Both the position numbers and the translations under genes were made by a program. Below, piece by piece: positions 1 to 10,300 of a stretch of 20,000 nucleotides of DNA. Numbering within the stretch: position 1 is the stretch's first letter; the number at the start of each line of letters is the position of its first letter. Source of the DNA: Chrysochromulina tobinii (lineage: Eukaryota); assembly GCA_001275005.1 (NCBI GenBank), contig JWZX01003278.1, positions 47,536 through 67,535 of the forward strand, written 5' to 3'. The notes under the pieces were generated by a model that saw only the letters and a program-made list of their open reading frames with translations, made no database searches and was not told the origin of the DNA.

Positions 1-1202
1 CCTTTGCTGTCGCGGGTCGTCGCAGCGCGGCCCATGTCGTCGCTCTCGCGGATGGAGACACCCCTTAATCTCGGTGTTGTCGTCGTGCCGCAGCAGATGG
101 CTTACGTTGTTGAGAGATTTGGACGTTTCCATACTGTGCTCGAACCAGGGCTGCGCCTCCTCGTGCCGTTCGTGTGCGTGCTTGCGTGCACTCTAACTCC
201 TTCCTCTCGGCAAGGGTCACGCTAGAGCTGCTCGAGTCACCTCTCACTCTCTTGCGTGCTCCTTTTTGCAGGCACAAGGTGAGGTATGTATTCTCTCTCA
301 AGGAGGAGGCCCTGATGGTGCCGACGCAAACCGCGGTCACACGCGATAACGTGAGCATCGGCATCGACGGCGTGCTGTACGTGCGCGTAGTCGATGCATA
401 CGCGGCCGCGTACGGCGTCGAAGACGCGCACTTTGCGATCACGCAGCTCGCACAGACGACGATGAGGTCGGAGATTGGCAAGCTCACGCTGGACGCAACG
501 TTTCTGGAGCGCGATCAGCTCAATGCAAGCATCGTCGAGTCGATCAACGCAGCGGCGGTCGCGTGGGGCATCCAGTGCATGCGCTACGAGATCCGTGACA
601 TTGCGCCGCCTCCCGCTGTGCGCGCCGCCATGGAGATGCAGGCGGAGGCCGAGCGGCGAAGGCGCGCGCTCATCCTCGACTCCGAGGGCGAGCAGGAGGC
701 GGAGATCAACCTGGCCAAGGGCAAGAAAGCCGCCGTTATCCTCGCATCTGAGGCGGCTATGCAGGAGCGTATCAATCTTGCGCTGGGCGATGCGCGCGCC
801 ATCGAGGCGCAAGCTGAGGCGACCGCGAACGCCGTCCGGCTCGTCGCCGCGGCAGTGACTGCCCACGGCGGCCAACAAGCGTCCACGCTGCGCGTTGCCG
901 AGCAGTATGTGAGCGCCTTCAAGCAGCTCGCCGCCTCGGGCAGCACGGTCGTCGTGCCGGCCAACATGGGCGACGTCTCAAGCATGGTCGCCACCGCAAT
1001 GGCAATCTACCGAAATGGGCAACGGGTGGGTATGGCGCCGCAGAGCGGTCTTGGCGGCGGGTCCGGCGAGGATGGCGGTGGCGGCGACGACAGGGGCATC
1101 GCAGACACGTTGACGAGCCCGAGCAAGGACGACCGAGGCGGAGGCGAGGGCGAGGTCGGCGGTTTCGCTCAAGGCGGGTCTTCTGCGTCGTCGTACAAGT
1201 AG
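1..1202 (+). CDS. STOML2: Stomatin-like protein 2 (SPFH/Band 7 + Band_7_C), two exons join(<1..173,272..1202); N-terminus probably begins upstream of the window
   Basis: Exon 1 encodes ...NLGVVVVPQQMAYVVERFGRFHTVLEPGLRLLVPFV. After splicing 174-271 it continues HKVRYVFSLKEEAL...AITQLAQTTMRSEIGKLTLD...WGIQCMRYEIRDIAPPPAVRAAMEMQAEAERRRRALILDSEG...RVAEQYVSAFKQLA, which are hallmark SLP-2 motifs. Stop TAG at 1200-1202. The frame is open from base 1 and the Arg/Ser-rich N-terminus resembles a mitochondrial presequence; internal ATGs are at 34 and 52. Confidence 0.93.
174..271 (+). other. Spliceosomal intron (98 nt, phase 2) in the stomatin-like gene
   Basis: Donor GT|GTGCGT at 174 and pyrimidine-rich acceptor ctcctttttgcAG ending at 271. 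Removal joins GT+G (Val) and links the 4..225 frame to the 174..1202 frame exactly at the conserved PFV-x-(K/R)-(V/I)-RY junction. Confidence 0.92.
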
Positions 1203-1397
1203 TAGCAGTGAGGCGGTGACTCCGTGTCTGAGGCTGGGGCACCTGCTGAACGTGCCGGGCGCCCCCAAACTCGTTATAGTAAATCTCTCCGAAAAGTTTA
1301 TTTTCGGAGACGTGTTTCGGAAAGAGTTGCGAGCGTCAAGAATTTTTGGGCACGAAAACCTTGCGACAAGCCGCGGAGGGAAAACCCCTCTAGGGGA

Positions 1398-4300
1398 ATG
1401 TCGAAGCCTTCCCCAGCGAAGTCAAATAAACTGAAGCTCCCAATGTCAGACAGTGCAACTGGCGATAGTGACCAAGCTCCGAGTCAAGCAAACTCGATGA
1501 GGTTTGGTTCGGAGGAGGGTACGTCCGTTCGGACGTCCAAAAGCAAAAGAGACAAAGGTGATTCGAGCCAGCGCAGCGACAAGAGCTCCAGTTCGCATCG
1601 CGGCGAAAAAAAGAAAAAGAAAAAGAGCGTAAAGTTAGCGAAGCAAAAGACTACGGACTCGGTCGCGGAGGAGTCGGAGCAGGACACGCCGTCAGGAGAC
1701 GCGCCTGCGGATTCTTCACCTGACGAGCGATCGGGCATGCGCAAAGCCAGCTCCCTTGGCCATGCTTTCCTCCTCTTCGATGCGGATGGGGGTGGCACGA
1801 TCTCGCTCAGCGAGTTTCTTGCGACTATCGGCCTGGGCGGCTTGCTCACCGAATCGCAGGCCGAAATGCTCTTCGACGAGATGGACGTGGATCAGTCCGG
1901 CGTTATCGACAGGGCTGAGTTTGCTGCGCGCTGGCACGACATTCAAACCCAGTACGGTGTACGACTGAGCAGCGAGCAGGCAGCGTTTTCGGAGGCGCAG
2001 CGTTTTGAGGCCGAAAGAGAAGCAGCTGAGTTCGCAGCGATGGCAGAGGCGACGAAAGCGGCGGCTGCCGCGGCGGCGGCGGCGGCAGCCGAGGCGGCGG
2101 CGGCCGAGACGGAATCGGCCGAGGCGGCGGCGGCCGAGGCGGCGGCGGCCGAGACGGAATCGGCCGAGGCGGCGGCGGCCGAGACGGAATCGGCAGAGGC
2201 GGCGAGCACGGCTTCCGCCTCTCCTGTCGCAAGCCCAGCCAGAATCCAGAAAAGCGCATCGACCGTCAGCGACTTTTTTGTGAGCAATGCAAATTCCCTC
2301 TCCTTCGAGGCGGCGGCGAAGGTGGCCCAGGTGGAGGTGGCACTGCAGAAGGAGCAGGATGCGTTTGAGGTCCTGAAGCGCGAGACGGCTGCCAAGGTGC
2401 TCACCATTTGGGGGCGCAAGGTGGCCGCAAAGTGGGCCAGGATTCATATCGAGGAGGATCGAATGCGTGCGACGATGGAGACGCTCGAGGAGACCGAGGC
2501 TACTCGGCTCCAAGGTGAGGCCGAGCTTGCGGCCATCAAAGACAAAGCGGCCTACAAAGACAAAAAGGTAGCCATCCGCACAGCTTCTCTTGCAGCTGAG
2601 GCCGAAGCCAAAGCGAAGGAGGTGGCACAGGTCAAGGAGGCGGCCATGTTCACGATCTCGCGTGTGATGCAGGATCGCCGTGCCCTCAAAGAGGCTCTCG
2701 CGCGTGAGAGCAAGGCGAAGCTTCTGCTTAAGAGACAGGCAGCTGCACGCCAAGCCGCTGAGGACGAAGCGGCACGCGCGGTCGAAATGGCAAACGACGC
2801 CGTGCGTTTGGCCGCCGCCGCAGAGAGAGCCGCCAAACGTGTACGCGCGTTCAAGAAGCTGCCGCCCACATACTTTGAGCTACCGGCGCAGATGCGCGAG
2901 CTCGTCGAAAACGCCATCTTCCAGTCACATGCTGCTGAGCAAAACGTGCTCCGTGCCGTGGATCTGGCTGCTGCAGCTCTGTTCGTCGAGAAGCCCGCGG
3001 AGCTCACCAACATCTGGGAGAGCCATGGCACGATCGCCGAGCGCACGGCCGCGATCCAGGCTCGCGTCAAGGCGCTGCCAGCGGAATCGCAGAGTCTCAT
3101 CGTTCAGCTGACCGATAAGGCGTTGCGTGGCGAGATGCCTGTACTCAAGCTACTGTCGAGCGCGCCAGAGGTGAACCTGCAGCTCACACTTGCGGGATTG
3201 GCACCATTCTTCGCCGCGCAAGCACTGTGCAAGGGCTGCCAGCTGCCGCCCGAGACAGCAAAGCCCTGGAGGTGGCGTGAGTGGTGGGCAGAGACCCTGA
3301 ATGAAGGCGAGAAGGTAGGCGCAGACTTCGAGCGCGGCATGCTCCAGGCGTCTGCGAGCGCCACCTTAGCCGCACTCTCGATTCGGGCGGAGGTAGCCGG
3401 CCATCGGCCCACAGCGTTGCGCGCAGTAGGGATGCTATTGCGATCGGTCACGATGCTCGACCTGCGTGACAATCGCATCACAGATGAGGAGACAAAGCTC
3501 TTGGCAATAGCGCTTCCTAACGCGGCGAGCTTGACAAAGCTCAATCTGGCCGGGAACGTCATCACGTCGATCGGTATGGCGCGGGTCGGCACCGCGCTCT
3601 CCACTGTCCAACCGATGATGGAGCTCATCATTTCACGAAATCGGCTCTGGGGCGATGGGACGACGCGCGTCGAGCATCTGACCGAAATGGCCCAAACTAT
3701 TACACTCGGCGGTAAGCTGCAGATGCTGCAGCTGAGCGGTGCCTCCCTCAACGACATGGGCGGCGGTAAGTGGCTCACAGCCCTTACGCAACCCGCCCAG
3801 GCAGCGACCAGCCCAGCAGCGACCAGGCCAGTAGCGGCCAGGAATGGTCGCGCGAGTCCTGGGCTCTCCATATCGAGACCCGACCTCATGGGCATGCTGC
3901 AGCTCACTGTGCTTGATATGAGCCAGAACGGGCTGCGCGCGTCCTTTGCGAGCGCCCTGTCCGGCGCACTTTCTGCGTGCCCAAACCTCACGAATCTCAA
4001 CCTTTCGAAGAACAACTTCGGCGCGGAGGCGGGGACGATGGTCCTCTCCGCCGCTGTGGAAAGTGCTTCGCTGCGTGTGCTCGACATGAGTGCAACCAAC
4101 CTGTGCGACATCAGCCCGTCGTATCCACCACCCCCTGGTGGACGCAAGTATACCCCGGAAGCCATCCGTACCCTATGCAGGCTGCTGCCGCAAGCCTCGC
4201 TGACTGAGCTGCACCTGCACCAAAATGAGTTGTGCGGACTGTTTACTGAGCGCATCTGGGGTGGAGCAGTGATTCGCGGCACGTACAAGTCGGACGCCAT

Positions 4301-7300
4301 CAAAGCCCTCGCCGACGCCTTCGAAGGCAGCAGCGTACGGCTGCCCCTCAAAAAGGACGGTCTGCGCCTGGAGCGTGGCAATCATCTCATGGCCGCAGAA
4401 GAGGAACGGCTAACCGCAGCTTTGAGCCTCAATTCGGCCAAGGACGCCGCACCGCCTAAAGTGACCGCTTATGAAACGATGGTCGATGTGCAGGCGGCGA
4501 CACCCGATCCAAAGGCGCCGCGCAAGGACACTTCGGATGCTTTGAACCCTTTTAAGCCTGCAAACGCCGAAAAGTTACCGGCACCGGCTGGAGGTGCCTC
4601 TCTCCCGACAGCCATATCCGACCCGCTTCTGCCGAGCAAGGCAGCGCTCGATGCGATGACCATACCGAACCAGGAGTCCCCGAGCCTGGCTCAGAGTGTC
4701 GCGCCACCGGCAGTTGCCGTCGGTGACGCTGCCCTGCCCAGTGCACTTGCAGATGGCGAGAATGCTGATGCAAAGTCGCTTCCTGCCGATGCGGTCACTG
4801 CCGCAGTGAAGATGGCGAAGGCTAAGCCAAGTGCACCAAAGGCAGCAGCCAAGTCCGATGCAGCTAGACCTAAAGTTGAGGAGAACAAGCAAGCTGAAGT
4901 CGACGAGGATGGAAAGCCCGCCCGCTCTGGATACGGTCAGCAGAAGAAAGTGAAGAAAAAGACGGAGAGGGTGGAGAAGGTAGTCGAGGTCAACCCATTT
5001 GCAAATTCGCCTCTCCTGATCGCCGTTTCGCCGCTTGTGGCGCGCCAAGGGCCTGCACTGGACACGCCGCTTGTCGGAGAAAATAATCGCATGGCACCTG
5101 GAACGCTCGTGCGCGTGGCGCAGACTCAAGAGGTTACACGGAAAGAAGGCTCAAAGTCCATCACTGAAAAACGCATGCTGGTTGCACTCGATGGCGATGT
5201 GGAGGCTCTGGGCTGGGTGACGGGGATCGACAAGGAGGGCGTCGAGAATCTCAGGTTGGCAGCGTCGGGCTTTCCGCTCGTGGTCTCGACAAAGGCCCTC
5301 GTTGTACGTGAGACCGTTGCTACTGATGGCAAGAAGGTAGACGATTTGCCACCGCAGATGTTGCTTCGCGTGATGGAAAGCCAGACGACGGCCGACGGCT
5401 CCGAGAAGGCGCTCGTCTCTCGCGACGGATCAACCATCAAGGCGATTGGATGGGTTCTGGTCTTCAAGGAGGGCATGCTTGCGCGCACGCTGGTGCCGGC
5501 TCCCATGCTGCAGCTTTCCTTCGACCTGCAGGTGCACACGTCACAGGCTCTGACTCGAGCGCTCGCGATCAAGCAAGCAGGATCCCAGGTGCGCAAGCGC
5601 AAGGATGATTCGTTGCCGTCTCAGATTGCTGGCAAACGTCCTACGTTCAAACCCGACGACGGCGCGGCTAGCCGCCATACTCAAGTGAAGAAGCCTGCGA
5701 CGATCATACTCATGTTCAACTGCTTCAACGCCGCCTTTGACGTAACGAGCTGGACGGGTGACGTGCCGTTCGAAAAGTTGTCCGGCGAGACGGCTTTCGA
5801 TCTCATAGCCAAGAAGAGCCGAAAGCGCGTCGGCCGTGTCAAGCTCGCAAATGAACTTGGCATGCCTTTCCTCGCCCGTGTGGAGTTCCCCGACGAGTGG
5901 GTGATGGCCGAGGAGTATGGCGTTTACAATGACGGGTGGCAAGGGCTTGCATCACTGGAGGTGGAGTTGACTTGGGGTAAGGCGGTCGCAATCATCATCG
6001 TGAAGCCATGGCTTGCGTACGGTGCCTCCACTGGCGCACGCCTACTCATCCGAAAGCTGGGTGCCAGCAGTGGGCAGTGCGCCACGATACAGCGTATCCT
6101 TGGCGACGACCGTGCCGTCGCCAGGGTCGACAGTTATTCGAAGTCCGATGGCGTCAAGGGCGAAACTATCGTCGACCTTCAGCCAATCAACATGGTCCCT
6201 ACCACATTCCCTGGCTATGCGCGCAATACGAGAGTGCTCCTACTTCACGCAAATAAGCTCGTCGATGCGACGGTGCTCGCGTGGCTGGGTGGGTTCGACT
6301 ATGCGGAGGGCAGCAGGCACATGATGAACGTCAAGGCCGTAGGCGCCGAGACCGGCTCGCATGCCTGGCATGACCTGAACATGTACAATCATGTGTGTGT
6401 GCCGGATGGCATTCACGCCGTCACGTATGAGGGCATCCGGCAGAGGTACTGCCGCAGCATCACACAGACTGAGGACAAAGTAGAGGATGCGATCACCGGC
6501 AACTCGTTATTCATCAAGGACCAACTCATTTACATGAATCCTGCCTTTGTGCCTGATGGCTGCTTGCCGGTGCAGTACAAGACCATCAACGACGTGCCAG
6601 CGCTCGTAACCGAGCAATTGGAGCTTTCACCGAAGCGTTCAGAGGGCTGTCACACTGCACAGCCTGTGCTCTGCCGCGCTGGGCCGGGCACCGGCAAGAC
6701 ATGGATGATCAAGCAATGCTTCTTCTTGCTGGCGGAGAGGCTCAGTGCCCCCGCTAGCGAAGGTGTCCCCCTCGTGCCCATCATTGTGTTCGTGCAGCGC
6801 ATCGTACGGCTGCTGCGTGAGCTTGGTGATGACCCTTCGGCGCTGCTGCAGGATCCGAAAGGGCTCATGCGCTGGTACATAGACAACCAGTTTGCCGACA
6901 GGAAAGAAGAGCGCACAATGCTCATGCTTGCGTACGAAATGCGCGCCGTCGCGATTCTTGTGGATGGCGTCGACGAGGCCGCAGGCATGCGCGACATCGT
7001 CGAGGCGTTTGTGCACTTCGAGCTCGTGACAGGCGGCAACCGGCTCGTTGTCACCTCGCGCCCCGAAGGCGTTGATCTTGACGACTACAAGTCGAGATTT
7101 GTCGTCATGAATCTGCTCGAGCTGTCCCAAGAGCAGCAGCGAAACGTCATCCAGATGCAACTGCAGGGCAACGACTTTTTCGAGCATCTAGTCAACATCG
7201 CCGAGTGTCGCAAGGACCTCGACGAGCGCTACAATGAGCTGTTCCGATCGGAGGCGTTGCGTACCGAAACGGAGGCGTTCAAGTTCGAGGAGGACGAGAT

Positions 7301-10300
7301 GATGGAACGAGATCGTCGTCTGGCCAAGTTGATCGACGAAGAGAAGGCGGCACGCGCCGAGCGCGCTACTCGCGAAACCGACGAGAAGGCGCCGGCGACC
7401 AAAGAAGCAAGGGCCATCGAGGAGGAGTTCGCCCGCCAGGCGCGCTGGACGGCCATTCGGGAGGCGGTGGTCACCAACTCAAAGGTCCCTCGTGACTCTC
7501 TGACGATACGTCGGCTAACTGTGGATGGTCAGGCCGAGTTGCAGTCGTGGCTTTCCAAGGTAGATTTGAAGAAGCGGCCGCGCTCACGATTCCTCGACAC
7601 GATCCACAGCGGGATGCTCCAGCCGAGCAGAGCAGGGACGGGCCTCTTGGACGATCTTGAGTCGGAGCTTCGCAGGCTGCCCACGCCGTGCACAGCCACT
7701 CAATTAGAGCCAACTGTGCTGATGCTGGCTCAGGGCCAACCTGCAGGTCTCAAGATGGATCCCGTGGTGAGGGAGTCCCTAGCGCACCTCGGGCTACTGC
7801 GCAAAATGCCGGCGGGCGGTGGGCGGCGTGGCTCTAAGGCGGCGCAGATCCCTGCCAACGGGCTCTGGTTCCAGGTCATCCAACACACGGACGAAACGTA
7901 CATGTCGATGCAGCTTCTCGCACCAACCTTAATGTACGCGCTCGGCACTGTCGCCGCACGTGCTGGCGTAAGCAAGTTCGCGCTGCAGCAGAACGAGAAA
8001 ACAGGCTTGTATGTGCCTCGAAGCGCTGTGGAGACGCCAGAGCTCGAGCATCGCAGTCCTGTTGACCTCTGGGTGCAGTCCACGACCTTGCCTGGGTCTG
8101 CAGACCAGCCGCCAGGGCCCCCTACATGGGTTGCCAAAGTAAAGCTTCACTGCGAGCACGCCGAGCAGTTCCTCCTCGTGACGCGACTGCTGGTTGCAGG
8201 TATCGAGGTGGAGTTGGATGCTGAGATGATATCACTAACACTGCTGACGATGCGTAATTTGTTTCGACCGGAAGAGCTGCACCCGACGCACTATCGCAAT
8301 CTGGGCTGTCACATGCTGCTCACGAGTTTGCAAGGCTCAATTGCAGTCCTCATCGAAGTCGAGCACACAAAGTTGCTCACGCACTACAAGTCCTTGGATT
8401 ATGCGCAGCACTACGACTTCTTTTTCAATCGCAACGCGGAAAATCTCGGCCATGCCGAGTTCGACACCAAGTTTGAACTCTTGCTCGTGTTTCTCGTTGA
8501 GGCGATCGGTGTGCCTGTGCTCCTATCGCTGCTCCTGCTCACTTATTCCACCGGTGCATCTAACAAGGACGTAGTTGACATGAATGAGCTGCCCGATGGC
8601 CGGTTGAATCTGTACAAGATGGGTATCGCCGCGGGCATCCGCAAGCGTATGCTCCTTAACGTTGTCAGCGAGAAATCGAAGCAGGACGGAAAGGATGCAA
8701 AAGGTGCCGCAGAGGTGGTTGTGGACACAAAGGACGAGGGCGCGGCTCCCCAGCGTCGTGAGAGGCGCAAAGGTGCCCTGGAGCAGGGCGGAGGCGGGAT
8801 GAGCTTCTCAGCCGCGGGCCCATCCCCGGGAGGAAGTGAAAACGAGAAGACGAAGGCACCGCGAGGAGGCGCAAAGGACGAACCGGTTCTGGATCTCAAC
8901 TCCATCCTCCGCGGAAAGAAAGTGCGTGTCGTAACTGGTGAGGATGATGTCGCCGAGTGCTACTCGCTCGTTGTGCGCGTGCTCGACAAGACCAAGCAGC
9001 CCGGCTTCGACCTGCGTAGCGGTATCGTGGCTGTTGTGCCCAAGTCGCACACTATGCACGCTCCGGTTACAGCGCTCGTGGAGTATGTCACCCAACCGGC
9101 GCCACAGAGCGAAGCGGCTCTCATGGAGACGTGCAAGAAGATGCTTCGGCGCGTTGCGGTCGACAACCAGGAGAACGGACGACGCGAGTTCACCTCAAAG
9201 AACGTGGCCTGCGCCTTGGGAGGTAATCCGGAAGAGTTGGGCCTTTGGTCGCGTCTCGATCTAGACCATGATTATGGCGTTGCTCTCTGTGCAACACTTG
9301 CGAAGCAGTCGGACAAGGCGCCAGCACAGTACCAGTTCAAGCATCTCTCCTTCCAGGAAGGTCTGTACGCCGAGCATCTGCTCATCCTCGTGACGGGCCT
9401 CGCCCCACCAGCTGGTGCTGGTTGGCACGGCTGGATGAGTGACAAGACGGCCTCCGAGTTCCTCAACAATCGGTACATGAACAACACGTGCCGCATCGCC
9501 GCGGGTACCCTAGGCTCGCTCCTGGCCCGCCAGCGCCCGTGCTGGAACTTCCGAAACGCCACCCTGACTGCAAATGGCCGTTCGGCGCTCTGGTTCATTA
9601 CCAACGAGAACGAGACGGTTGAGTCGATCAACGTCTCGCAGAATGATGTGACGTTCGAGGACGTACCAGGCATTTGCAAGATGCTCACTACATGCCCCAC
9701 GTTGAAGAGCTTCGACCTGAGCGACAACGATCTGTTCAAGATGGTCGAAGTACCTCTGGCGTTCTCTCGGCTGTGCGACGCGTTGGGTAACAACCACATT
9801 CTCACTGACCTCAACCTTAACAACAATAGGCTTGGCATGGTCGGTGTGCGCATTGTGGCAAATGCGCTACGGAGCTGCGGCAACCTCAAGCGGCTCGGCC
9901 TGTCTTTTAATGAGCCCGGAGTGGACCCCGCTCTGGCAAACCTGCTCCGCGTCCACACGAGCCTTGAGACTATCGAGCTGGTCGAGAAAAACGAACGCCT
10001 TTTTCCTTCACGCGCGAAGGATGATATTGGGCGCGCACTGATTGAGAATAAGAAGAAGAAGCTCGGATTTTTGCACTGCGACATGTTCGTTCTGAGTGAG
10101 ACGACGAAATCGCTCACGTGGGCTAAGGAAGCATCCACGTCTGACGCCGTGCTGCTCGCGGGTGTGCTGGCCACGAACACGACCCTGACCACCTTCAACA
10201 TAGCACCCGGTGCGATTCTCGAGAACAAAGCGCGCTCCGAGCTTGGCGAGGCACTGCTCAACAACCCCGGCTCACGTGTCGCCTTCTGCAACGATTTTGG

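Noticed and set aside
174..271. N-terminus MRACVHSNSF... of ORF 174..1202 and C-terminus of ORF 4..225
   Set aside because: Both are translations of the intron; the two ORFs are exons of one gene.
1224..1397. ORF-track N-terminal extension of the giant protein from GTG 1224
   Set aside because: Non-ATG start only 21 nt after the stomatin stop, in a relatively AT-rich intergenic-looking stretch; ATG 1398 or 1443 is more plausible for a eukaryote.
2088..2204. CRISPR-like array
   Set aside because: Tandem in-frame units with no unique spacers, inside a eukaryotic CDS, and no cas genes.
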